64,000 nucleotides of DNA from Okamejei kenojei (lineage: Eukaryota): contig CM069137.1 of the NCBI GenBank assembly GCA_035221665.1, positions 75,082,001-75,146,000 of the forward strand. The letters are read 5' to 3'. The notes under the pieces are model-generated. The model saw only the letters and a list, made by a program, of their open reading frames with translations. It did not search any database and had not been told where the DNA came from. The number at the start of each line of letters is the position of its first letter. Position 1 is the stretch's first letter. Below are positions 1-12,321 of this stretch, piece after piece. A program made the translations under genes and the position numbers.

Positions 1-77
1 GTAACTTTCCGATTTCTTTAACTATGGATGCGCGTTTGGTTGCATGTATTTGTGTGAGCATATACGTATGTATGCGT

Positions 78-479
78 CGAAGGTAGACACAAAATGCTGG
101 AGTAACACAGCGGGACAGGCAGCATCTCCGGAAAGAAGGGATGGGTGACGTTTCGGGTCGAGACCCTTCTTCAGACTGATGTATAAATGCGTCTGCCTTT
201 CTGCCTGTTTACCAAGCTACCAGCGTGTCAATCTATTCAATTTCGAAGTTTGCTTCATGTTGAATTCCGCCTTGAGCATTTGGTATTCTTTACATATTTT
301 CAGCTTTATGTTAAGGGTCTCAACCCGATACGTCACCCATTCCTTCTCTCCAGAGATGCTGTCTGTCCCGCTGAGTTACTTCAGGAAGAAGGGTCTCGAC
401 CCGAAACGTCACCCATGTTTTCTCTCCAGGGATGCTGCCCGTCCCGCTGAGTTACTCTAGCATTTTATGTCTACCTTCG
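78..479. mobile_element. Inverted pair plus one partial copy of a short elasmobranch interspersed repeat (Penelope-like pLTR/SINE-like) with a hammerhead-like core
   Basis: 78-178 (cgaaggtagacacaaaatgctggagtaacacagcgggacaggcagcatctc...gacgtttcgggtcgagacccttcttcagact) is the near reverse complement of about 385-479; a further partial copy lies at about 313-380. The same family recurs at 1896-2138 and 29871-30043. Confidence 0.85.
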
Positions 480-819
480 CTTCATGTTAATTCGCTCCCT
501 GATTTCCGAAGCGAAAGTATACTTTCAATTTGTGTTTCGGTGAGACTTCAGTTCATAGGATATTATTGTGATTCTGCTCAGTATTATTTAACCCAGTGAT
601 ACGCTAACGGCTGAATGTTTCACATGCTATGTTATATTCCATTAGAATGGATATTGATCATTATTCTATAACAAAGGTGAGTGATCAGCCTAATCCTCCA
701 CGTGCAATCAAATAATTTCATTAATACCTATGGATTTATTTTCTGATTGTGTTATCTGATCTCTGAAATGTTACTTTTCGCGTCGCAGTGTTTTCTCTCT
801 TTGTCTCTCTCTATGTATT

Positions 820-978
820 GTGGCATTGAGGTACTTTTTGATAGGAACACGATGTGCAGGGAATGGAAGGGTGTGGATCACGTGAAGGCGGAGGATAATA
901 GTTTAATTTAGCATCATTATTTGCGAGGACGTTATGGGCCGAAAGGCCGGTTCCTGTGCTGTACTGTTTTATATTCTA
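820..978 (+). mobile_element. 5'-truncated 3' end of a CR1-like LINE (shark HER1/HE1-type tail)
   Basis: Ends in atgggccgaaaggccggttcctgtgctgtactgttttatattcta, which resembles the recalled 3' tail shared by chondrichthyan CR1-clade LINEs and their partner SINEs. Confidence 0.65.
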
Positions 979-1895
979 CGTGAATTAATTTAATGACTGT
1001 GTCAAAATCATTGCTTTAAAAACGATAAAGGATGTTGGCACCTGAATAATCCGTTCACATTTGCACTTGGAGTCTTTCCGCACACCTATTTTGCTTATGT
1101 CAGATAGTTTTGACTTTGTTCTGTCTTTGGTTCGACATTTAATACCAACTGCAAAAGGTACAAATGGCCAAAAAGGTCATGGTCAGCAGGCCTCCAGAAA
1201 AACAAAGCCATCATTGTATAATTTGTCGGCGAAGAGCTTCCTTACGGACGAAAAATAAACTCGTCACCTCCTTTTTCGCCCTTTCATGACATTCAAAACA
1301 CCCGTCTGGAATTTGGTTACAACTTAACTTCGAATTCATGCCAATGTATCTTGTGCGTCTGCCTGAGTGAGCTGATGGGTTTCCAGTTCAACCTGTCATT
1401 TGAAAGACGCTACTTCTGACAATGTTGCACATCGTCGACACGGTACCAGAACATCAAACTAAAATGTTGTGCTCCAATGTAAGGAAGTTGTAGGAATCGA
1501 TATTCTGCGACTGTGCGCGTCGAGAAGTCTTAACTGCAATGCGCAAGATTACTGAAATGTGGTCTTAATTTAAAGCACCACATCCCAATATTTGATGTGC
1601 ATAAGCAGAGGGCCGTTTTACAGATAGATAAAACTGTACAACAATCAAAGAGAAACGCACTCCTCATTAGCTAATTACAATTAGATTCTACTTAAATCAA
1701 TGCTTGTCAGATGAAATCAGCTTCAAATGCATTACAGAGGATTAAAGGTTCCATCTTAAATGCCATTTGATTAAAAGGTACATAAAGCACCCAATTTCTC
1801 TTAACAAATCAAGTCACAAAATACATTCTATTTTGGTGTCATCTTTTTGCGCAGAGCAGATTATCCAAGACCATTATAGTCCGAAAATGAAGATA

Positions 1896-2138
1896 CAAGG
1901 AATGGCAGATGGTGGAATTCTGCGTAGAACAGGAAGTACTGGAGTAACTGACAGGTCAGGCAGTATCCATGGAGAACATGGATATGTGAGGTTTCGGGAC
2001 GGGGCTCACCTTTAGACAGTCTGAAGAGCGGTCCAGACACGAAATAGCGTGAAGATGGATACCGACCAGAAACGTCACCTATCTATGTTCTCCGGAGATG
2101 CTGCCTGGCCCGCTGATTTGCTCCAGCACTTTGTGTCT
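1896..2138. mobile_element. Older, diverged inverted pair of the same short repeat family
   Basis: The left arm (aaggaatggcagatggtgga...ctggagtaactgacaggtcaggcagtatccatggagaacatggatatgtgaggtttcggg) and right arm (gaaacgtcacctatctatgttctccggagatgctgcctggcccgctgatttgctccagcactttgtgtc) are reverse complements meeting near 2017. Confidence 0.75.
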
Positions 2139-5100
2139 AATATTATGGTCCTAATAGTTAACAGCACTGCCGAGTGAAAGTTCCAATATTTTTTACATGG
2201 GTCGTGTTGGTTTTGTAGGCGAAAATTGTAACAGACCATAAAGGATTCCAGCTTACTAGTCGCACAGTATTAGAGTTCCATTGGAAACCCTACTATTTTT
2301 TAATCGATTATTAGACTGCTACGGACATGGAAAACATCAGGATCTACTTTTTGTAAGAACTTTTGAAATATAATCAATACATTAAATAGTCAATTGTGTA
2401 GGGCAATTCTTACCGGTTCGGAAGAATATTCATTAACTTGTCCTATCTCTTGCCTATTCGTGGCAAGGGTTTCCAGACCCGTAATTCGACATTAATATTT
2501 GAAACCAGCATTCAATTTTACCGCCCGGAAATTAGGTACGCCCACCAGCTCTAGACATATCGCCACTTGTATGATAATTGCATTATGACAATTTAGACAT
2601 TCTCATAATTAATCAAGAGAAGGAAAAAAGTAAATATTGGCTACTTTAACATGAATACTGAGTTGGGCCTGCACTCTTAACCAATTAATCATGTCGTGGG
2701 AGGTTCCCTGGATGGCTGCATTTGTTCATGGCTCCTGGTATACAATAGGAAAGGCCAACCATTTATGCTGAACTTTAGTCAAGAACGTTACCGCGCAACA
2801 ATCTTTCTTCAGGTTCATTAATGATCATGGGGAAACTGAATTTTCAGTATAGAAAGCTTTAGAGGATGCAAGGCCCTATAAGATATTGTTAAACATTGTT
2901 GTGAATGCTTAAGTAGAATATTGTCAATATAATTTGAATATTTGAGCTAATCCTTTTAAACACTAGACAGTGGGATTTATTTATTCACGTCATCACTCTC
3001 AAGTAGAGCGACTCACGGGTGATACTCTTTAGCATAATTGCAGTAGTGTATAGATTTTTTAAATCGTTTTATTTTGCAATATCGTTTTAATTTGCAAATT
3101 TTTAAACTCATTTAAATAGAGGTCAGAAGTATATTTGCATGCGCACCACTCCAATTCGGCAGCTCACGCCTAAATTCTGCATTTTATGTGTATTTGAATT
3201 CTACGACCTTTCACTGGACATTTCTTCCTGCTTATTGAAAAATGTATATCTATCCATAGGTAATACTATTCTGTTCTGGGATTGGACTTTGTTGCAAGAA
3301 GTGGTCATTTCCATAGAAAATATATGATCCTCAAAGAATCTTCTGGTTTAAGATACTTTTTTGAACTCAAATGGAGGTCTTGGAATTGGATGCAGGCATT
3401 TTCGTTGTTAAGATGCAAACATTCTGTCGGCTGGAGTTTAGCACGCTCGCTCCCCACAACAAGAGTGCTACGTTTTTAATATTTTCGTTGTGTGAACGAA
3501 GTATATTTAACAACCGCTTTTTTGATTTAGTCAATGGCCTAAGTTGCCAAATTCTCTACAGACACGCAGGCACAAACCTTAGACATATTTGTGATACTTG
3601 GGGCAGAAGGTATAGTTTTGTGGCTTGTAAAGTAGTAAATTACTTCCGTTGTTCCAACTGGAACACACACATATATGTCGAGGCAGGAGGCGCTGATTTT
3701 AAGCGTTTAATCGGTTGCTAATGACGGTAGATTAAATACATCTTTCGTTATCCTGATTATTGTTGATAGTGTAAATCCATTTTAGTTCTAAGTCCGCCAT
3801 GTTTTCAAGGTTATTATTGATGCAATTCGGCAATGTCGCAAAGAAAACTATTTCATATCAGCGATTGTCAAGAGTGTTCAATTACATATATTGTGTCAGG
3901 AAAAAAAATGTATACCGGGTAGCCAGGCCTTGATAGGAGTTTGTTTTGCATTTGCTAAAGAAAGAAAATATTTCTGGTGAGTAATCTGGTTTCATTCAGG
4001 TATAAATATCGGCCATCGCGTTTGACAAAAAAAGACATGTTTACGAGAATATGTAGTCAAACGGGGCTTATATAATCTGTTACATAGTCAGATTCACTTA
4101 TGAATACCTGGATATATATTTTATCAATTGATTCTGTTTTTTAACAAGACGTCTGTTAACGTTAACAAAGTTAAGATGATACTTTTGCATAACAACATAA
4201 ATTTTTACCTTGGGTGCAGCTTAATTTGCATCGAATTGCTTCGCGTAGGCTGAATGGCCCCATCATTACTTTAAAAACATCTAAATTTGTAAAAAACCTT
4301 CTGATTAGGATTAGAAACATATCTGACATACGATCAAATTAACGGCATTGAACTTCGTAATGGATGCTGTCCATATGTGGGCATATATTACCCATATAGC
4401 AGATATATTTATGAACCGAAATATTGTTAATGCGTTAGGTTTATGATTCGCTCTATGGATCTTGCCATCCGGAATGACATTCAGCAAACATGTTAAACAA
4501 TAACTACCTTGTGCTACTTGCAGTAGCCCCAACGTCACGAAAACAGTGTAGAATTAACCAAATGTTGTGCGTTCGAAGCAAAATACCCAAACTACAATTC
4601 TCAACACCATCCACAATGTGACTGAGAGAATGTTTCTGTTTAAGTTTCCACAAGAATAGGAAACAATTAAAGAAAATAATCCTGGGCCCAAATAACACCC
4701 AATAAATGCTTTTAATGTTCATGTAAATCATCTGCTCGCTATATAACATTAACATTTTGCAAGGAAATACGACCAATCTACTTGAATAAAATGGAGATTT
4801 ATATTTGTCTCGATCGCCTCAGTATTTTTGATTTGATCTAGATACTGGCGATGCGTCAAGGCCACGTTCTTTGCCATGATAAGTTGACCATGGGTCTTCT
4901 GGTGCAATCCTACTTGAATTCTTTCTCAACTTGTTAATGAAAATGGCGTTTTACTTTTACAACCAATTGAATAAGCAAAGTAACACATCCCCTGTTTGTA
5001 AATTAGAGCATCGTTTCACATAGTTCTTCATGAATATTTGTCTTCAATCCATGATTGGACATATTAGAAATAAAACATATAATTTAGAATCTGGTATAAT

Positions 5101-5179
5101 TCGCACCTAACGTCATTTTTTCAAATTGTCACGTAACTCCCACGGAGCTGTGGAACTGCTTTTAACCGCTATTTATCGT

Positions 5180-5290
5180 CCTTCTCTCTCTCTCCCCCCC
5201 CTCCCCCCCTCTCTTTCTGTCTCCCCCTCCCCTCTCTCTCTCTCTCACTCTCTTTTTCTCCTTGTTCACCCCACCCCACCCCCTCTCCAC
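5180..5290. repeat. Polypyrimidine (CT)n/poly-C low-complexity tract
   Basis: Seen directly: ccttctctctctctccccccc...; it explains the spurious ORFs at 5126-5423. Confidence 0.9.
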
Positions 5291-5926
5291 CTTGACCTTG
5301 GCCTTCATCTACTTCCGGAAAGAACCCCTTTGTCTGCATACCAGAGATGCGAGCAACTTGAAAGAGCGATTTGTTTTTTAAAATCCTCTCCTGCATTCCC
5401 CCCACTCCCGGATTTCTGAACAACAGCTACCCGAAAGCAAATGTTAGCATATGCTTTCTCCATCGCGAAAGTAGGAGCTACTCACTTCATATATATTTTG
5501 ATACATAACGAGGGATGCCATTCGAATGGTCTTAAATAAACGCGCTGCATTTCTTTTCCAAGTATACTTGGGGTGCAAAGGATGCATTGAATTCGCTGTT
5601 CTGAAATAATTCTCTCTGATTTTTTAAAACACTTTTGTAGATTCGTCTCCAAATATTAGCGGAGTGTACCGCCAGATCAGGAAAAATGTGCATCTTTTAA
5701 ATGAAGAAAGTAAACCAAAGGATTCACAGAAATTAATGTATTTGAGTTAATGCAAAATCGTGGATTCCGCTTGCTTTCTGAGCACCGAATCTTGCAGGTA
5801 GATTCTGTTTTGTCTCACTGAAGTAACTTGTATATTTATTTTATTCTCCCCGCCTGGGCGGAGGGATGGGGTCGCCAAGAATCGCCATTCAAAATGAATT
5901 TTAGAAATCTCGTCACAATCCTAATC

Positions 5927-5972
5927 TTGCTCCTATATGCGATATCTAATTGCTCCTGTATGCGATATCTAA
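5927..5972. repeat. 23-bp tandem duplication
   Basis: ttgctcctatatgcgatatctaa / ttgctcctgtatgcgatatctaa, one mismatch. Confidence 0.9.
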
Positions 5973-7582
5973 TCTAAACCATTGTTTCCCGAAAAGTGCC
6001 ATGTTTCTGAGCGGAGCAACATGATCAAGACATTTGCTGGCGCACATAATCTAACTTTGGAGGGGTTGGTTGGACATCTTCTCTGTAAATGGCCAGCTCA
6101 GCCCTTCAGTCTGCCACAATATTCCATGCTCACAACGAGATCAGTCTCATTGCTTTCCACAATCCAATTAGTTGAATTATACCATTGCCGTTTAACTTTT
6201 ATGTAAAATCTGTCGCTTTCTTCGTATAAGTCTCGATGTGAATATAAGATCTAGTGCGCGTACAAACAATCTTTAAACAGTGTATGGTTTGGTGTGGTTT
6301 GATGTACTGCATTAGTCGTAACCTACATACGTCGTGTAAGTAAATTGTGGTAGAGAATTAGATAGACTTTTACATCACATCGTATTGTCGTCAGGCTTGC
6401 CATAATCTAAAGATGTCTTATTCCATATTATCTGGTATATATTTACATGCTTCTTATATGTTTCTGCCCTGAGGTCTGACATAACAATGAAGTAAAATGG
6501 GCCAGGCACTCGAATTATGCTAGCTTGTTCAAGCAAAAGCAAGGTATTTTCGGATCTTTGTGCAAGGGGGGCTTGTTGAGAAAACCTATGACTCTGAAAT
6601 CATATGTTCGTCTACTTGACGCAAATAAGTTAAAGTTCTGGCACGATCATGTTGCGCTGGGCGTGGGCAATTTGGAATAACAGCTTTTTCGATACAAGAT
6701 ATAAAGATACAATATATAAAACATGGCCCTCAAATGCTACCTTGCATTTATATCATGCGATTTATTTTTGTACCAAACATCAATAGCACAATGCAAATGA
6801 TAAAAATCTCAGTTCTGAGTGTGAATAAAAGTGTATATTTAAGTAACTTCATCTCAGTATTTATGCCCCATAATATAACATGCGTCTACAACCTGAATGG
6901 AAATCAGTGTAAGTGTAATCGATTTAAGGCTCAATTAGAAAAAAGGAGAATAAGTAATCTTTAAAATCTACTTGACGCTGGCTGTATAGATAGGATTGGT
7001 ACATGCAATCACATATTATGATGCAAAAATGGTTGCTGCCGAGATCTTCATCAGAATACAAGAAAAGACAAAATCGGTCACAAAAATGTGCCAATCCAAT
7101 AATAACGCGTGATGATACCACAATTCCATTTTCAAAATGGATATGGCAATTTTCCAAAATGTCTTCAATACTTAATTTTAACTGATAATTCAGTCAAACA
7201 AACGCCTGATGTGTTCGACATATGTGCGTAACTTATTCTTTAAATTGCAGAATACATTTATTAAGGTATCACTATTTTCCAATTTAAATCTCAGCTCTAT
7301 CGCATCGGTTCAAGTATTGACGAAGTAAAGGCGATACACGTCAACAGTGCTGGATTATTTACTATGATTTTTTTGGGGGGGAGTGGGGGGAACAATGAGT
7401 TTAAGATCGGGAGAGGAGTGCAATGGGAACTGAAGACAGATCAGTTGCGTTGCGTCACGTGGTCGGGATCGACCTATCGCGTTTCACTTGCGCAGTGCAC
7501 TCTAATCAGTGAAAATAAGCACCTCTTCTCACTGCCGAGCCTGCTTTTATAAAGCACTACTTAGTTTGCTGTGGGACGTGAT

Positions 7583-8261
7583 ATGACAGCTCTTCTTTCA
7601 GACCCTTGGAGGACTGATACTATCAGATACTTGCACAGCAGAAACGACGCGAATAAGCCGGAGATGGAAGGACTGGGTGGGAACGTCCCTTCAAATCAAT
7701 GCAGGAATTTTCTGTCTCCCTCTGCATTTGGAGCACATCACAACTCTTTATCTTCGGGACCTGCTTACTCAGGCGGAGATCGGACGCATTCTGTCATTTC
7801 TGAATCAGCTAAGCAATGTAGCCCAGCTCCTACAAGCCCTCCAAATCCAGCCTTCAGTTACGGCTATCATTTTGGGAGCAGCTATTACAGTTGTCGAAAT
7901 GTTGGTATACAGCAAAGTGGATTGAAACCTGGTGCTCATGCATCCTTAGCCGGCTACCCAGTGGATAAATATATGGACGTTTCGGGGTTGACCAACAGTC
8001 CTGTCCCCACTGACGATGTATCAACTCGGGCAAAGGAATTTGCTTTTTATCAGAGTTACCCTAATCCATATCAACGGGTATCTAGTTATTTGGACGTTCC
8101 TGTAGTCCCTACCATAAGTGGCCACGGAGAGCCAAGGCATGAAGCCTTATTATCCATGGAGGGTTACCAGCCTTGGACATTTACTAATGGCTGGAATGGT
8201 CAAGTGTACTGTCCTAAAGATCAGACGCAGTCTTCCCATTTTTGGAAATCGCCACTTACAG
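7583..8261 (+). CDS. HOXD13: Homeobox protein Hox-D13, exon 1
   Basis: [17 protein letters not shown]...QCRNF...[15 protein letters not shown]...DKYMD...RAKEFAFYQ...GEPRHEA...YQPW...[21 protein letters not shown] matches the Hox13 N-terminal domain with HoxD13-type residues. The first ATG is at 7583 (the ORF track starts at an upstream GTG); donor ACAG|gtatca, phase 1. Confidence 0.95.
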
Positions 8262-8631
8262 GTATCATGAAATATTTTGCGCTGGAAAATATATTCGACT
8301 CTTTAACGTAAAATAAAGAAAAATAAACGAAACTTCCATTCAGTATATTTTACTTTTTCAGGAATTGTCTAGTGTTTTTTTAATTATTAAAATCATTTGC
8401 AAGATTTAAAATTATTAATGCATGGGGTTCATTTATCAGAATTAATGTAAGTTTGACCGAGTGCTGAAATGTCGCAAATGAGTTATCCAATGTACCCTAT
8501 AGACAAAGTCTGTGTTGTCATTTTTATTTCTTTGTAACGTTCCCTCTGTCTCCTCCCTTTTCTTTTCCTGGCCCTTTCAACTGCAGCCGCTTGAAGTTTA
8601 TGTTCTTATAATTTGCATTTTTCCCCCTCAG

Positions 8632-8882
8632 GAGATGTGATGCACAATCAGACAGATATAAACATTTACAGGCGAGGGAGGAAGAAAAGGGTTCCCTATA
8701 CGAAAACGCAGCTTAAAGAACTCGAGCGAGAATATGCCACCAACAAATTCATAACCAAGGAAAAAAGACGAAGGATATCTACAGCCACCAACCTCACCGA
8801 AAGACAAGTCACCATTTGGTTTCAGAACAGAAGAGTCAAGGAGAAAAAAGTCGTTTCCAAAGTCAAAGAAAATATACCTTGA
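8632..8882 (+). CDS. HOXD13: Hox-D13, exon 2 (homeobox)
   Basis: Acceptor ttttccccctcag|GA; [60 protein letters not shown]; TGA stop. Confidence 0.97.
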
Positions 8883-11409
8883 TTGCACCGACATCACCAA
8901 CCAACAATGGCGCATTGTAAATTATACATAATGGTCTTTTAGAAACGGAAGCTACATGAACGTGGGAGACTTTAAAGCAACGTCTTCGGATTTATAACAT
9001 AAAAAATCTTGAAGTGACAAGTTCTGTGAGATGTTTTGCAAAAAACTTTGCCAGAATGCTTGATGTGACTCATCACCACATGCGAACAAATAAGACACTC
9101 ATCTTGAGAACGCGCCCTCATCGTTATTCGTATATTTGTATTGCTTTAACGTGCTGGATCATTTTCACGAGCCACATTGCAGAAGTTGCAAAATAATGCA
9201 ACTCCTTTAACAGCATTCTGTGGATTCAGATAAATATCGAAAGGTTTCACAATCTAGAGATAAAATGGCGACTACAAGCGATAACACATTTACACCTAAA
9301 AGCTGACATTAAGTAAAGTTTGACCTTAGCCTTCTTGATGCACGGCGATATTTATTTACATTTTAATTTTTGTCATGTTTTACAAGATGTACCATGGGTG
9401 CATTGTGAATGGGTTCAAATGGTAATCGCATATGCTAGCAACAATCATTTAATGATTGAAAATATAGTGGTAAAATGCCATTTTAAGTCTATGGCCGTAA
9501 GAAGTTGTTTGCAATAGAGATACATGCATACTAAGTGCGGCAAACACCGTATTATATTAATCAGTAGCGAATTTACAATCATGTACATAACAAATTATTT
9601 AGCCCATATACCAAAAAAACGCCTTCTGTTGATTTACATCAGAAAATTCCGCAGTAACATATTTCGCGGAGCAAATGTCGACATTGTAGAGAAATTTCGG
9701 TTTCAAGTGAAATATTTGTCAAGTTTAAACGTCTTAATGTATCTATATGTTTTTAATTAAAATATGAAAGACTTTGTTCTGCCTTTTGAATATTTTGTTC
9801 TTTGAACTGTTATTTTCAAAACAAAAGCTAATATATTTGAACGCTCCATTGACGTTTTGAATGCGGAGTCTTTAAATGAACCCTGTTCAGCTGTTTTCTA
9901 ATTAATAACTTGTTGCGCTGTGTACTTAAATTACTTCTTTATTGTAATCGCGATTACTATATGAGTAAATAGTGAAAATCATTCCTGTAGTTTATGTATA
10001 TTTTTCAAATAAGCCTTGTTCATATTTCCCTCCGTCCTTTAACAGGGCGAATTAAAATTGACCTTGCGTAGTTTTCTTACATGGATTTATGGTATGTAAA
10101 AAAAATTAAAACAAATCGCACTTCAACTGTCTCCAAGTTTTATATTTCTTGTAAATTAATTCGGTTTTATTTTTACCACATCATCATGTGTCATACTAGA
10201 CTGCACAATGCTCTGATGTACGCTTCAGAATTCACCGCAATGTTGCGCTTTTTTCGACGAAAGTAAAATTAAAATTGAATAAATATAAATTGTTGCATTC
10301 ATAAATTTAAAGGAACTGTTGCTGTTGAAATAGTTTTGTTTTTTTAATAGACACTTCAGCCTATCCAATATTTGCTTCCTGGGTATTTTTGTAAGCATGA
10401 TTTGAGCTTCTAGAAATATGCAATAGATCCAGGTTGCTGAGCTTTAAGAAAATAACAAATAAGATAATTAGACAGCAATAACAAAACATGACGAGTACAT
10501 TTCAAAATAGTAATTGTAAATGCACTAGAATGAAATCCAATGAGATCTTAAAATACTGCGATATCTATTAAAATATCTTACTCAATTGCACCACCTCATT
10601 TTCGCATTTGCCGATTAATTCAAAACAAAGTAACATTAATTTCACATACGCCATCCAACATTGTGTAAAGATCGCCACAAATGTTGTTGGTGGGTGAATA
10701 AATTGGAATGGCATGTGGATATCAGAAGCAATTACAACAAAGCTTTCCAAAATATTCGCAATGATATTCTCTCTCCCCCCCCCCCCCCCCCCCGTTTATT
10801 ATTTATAATTAAATGTCGACACCATCCAGCTAATTTATTTTATCCTGAATTTATACTGAAACATTTGGAAAGAAAACGACCCCCCCCCCCCTCCAAATGG
10901 GCAAGGAAAGTATGAATTGTACAATTGCTGTTAGCTGCTCTGCACAAATAATACAAAAAACATGATGATATGAATTACGTGTTGAAAGCAGCCAAAACAT
11001 AGCCTGGGTATGCCCGCGCCCCTTGAAGGGAAAAATAAGGGGAGCATATTACAGTGGCACGGAAGTGGGGAGGGGGCGATAAATTAGTTCCTAGTTTTGA
11101 AAATAGACATATTATGTGATGAAATTTAGAATTAAGTGAGATTCATTGCTTTTATATGAGCACGAACTTAGTAGGTGATAATGCTGTTGACCCAGCCATC
11201 TTTATTTACCAGCTGCTAACAATTGCAAACCATATTCCTGTGGCATTGTGATAAGTTTTGTTGGTCAACCGTAAGAACAAATTAAAAAGATTCATGCTTT
11301 CGCGAATTAAATTCAAACTCCGATATCTTTGGTTGTCTGCATACGTTGACTTTTCATCCTTTTTTTAAAACTTTGAGACATTAAAATATTATTTTGGAGG
11401 GTTGCTCGG

Positions 11410-11540
11410 CTCTCTGACGTCAGATTTCTATTTACCATTGACCTTGACTATCGTTATAGTCTTTGACCTTGACTTTATTTAGCATCATGAATAATAAAGT
11501 CTGACCTGATCACAGAACTAGTTCGCCATCTGCTGGCTGA
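11410..11540. promoter_or_regulatory. Candidate conserved element between HoxD13 and HoxD12 (position of mouse region XI): CRE, two TCAAGGTCA/DR0 sites and a CTCF-like motif
   Basis: TGACGTCA 11415-11422; TGACCTTGACT at 11439 and 11464; CCAGCAGATGGCGA on the minus strand at 11523-11536. Confidence 0.6.
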
Positions 11541-12309
11541 ACCGCTGTAAAACACGGGGCAGCACAGTTGTTGCAGCCGAAGCGCGGGCTTCAAGATGGT
11601 CGGTCGGTCGGTCGTACTTTAATGTTGCAGACCAATGTGAGAATTGGGCCAACTATTCAGTTTTACTTCCATGCTCTTAATGATGTGCAATTTAGAGGGC
11701 AACGGTTTTGTTTTCAAGATAGACACGACAAAATAAGTTTTTGAATAAACTAATTGAAGTGAGATTTTTCCAAGGCGGAGTGCAATGTGTTAATAACCGA
11801 GGTCTAATATTTCACATAATTTAAATTTAGCGCGTTTCACGAAGTTATGCATAATGTGGTATTTCTATATCTAGGTCAATTTTGTGCCATGCCCCTGATG
11901 CCCGGAAAACAAAGCACATCCCGGTCATGGCGTTATGTTGTAAGTAAACCTGCCTTTCTGCGCCGATAGTTGCTGTGAAATGTAAAACATAGAAATGTCC
12001 CCGTTCTGTGATTCTTCAATATTTTTCAACGCGTAGCGATAACATCTAATAAACAGAACTTAAAGGTTAACCGGGATCGTGCAAGCGGTTTGAGAAACGT
12101 CATTAACAATAAAGCAGCTTTTGTTGTAGAGAGTGCAAAGTGAGAATTCGTGGCTCAGTTGCATTCCTTGGTTACATTAAATCAAATGAAAATTTCATTG
12201 TGTGCAACCTGACACCAGCTACCAAACAAAATGGCAAAACACATATTGATCTTAAACATTATAAGTATATTCTCAATAAACAAAACAGCGATTTGATCCC
12301 GTTCGACAT

Positions 12310-12321
12310 TGACCTTGAACT
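12310..12321 (-). promoter_or_regulatory. DR0 nuclear-receptor site AGTTCA-AGGTCA (NR6A1/GCNF type)
   Basis: TGACCTTGAACT seen directly; function is inferred. Confidence 0.55.

Noticed and set aside
1-7500. HoxD14 or Evx2 exons upstream of HoxD13
   Set aside because: No homeobox-like translation found; the IWF-like stretches near 1310 and 3985 lack the surrounding homeodomain. These genes probably lie further upstream.
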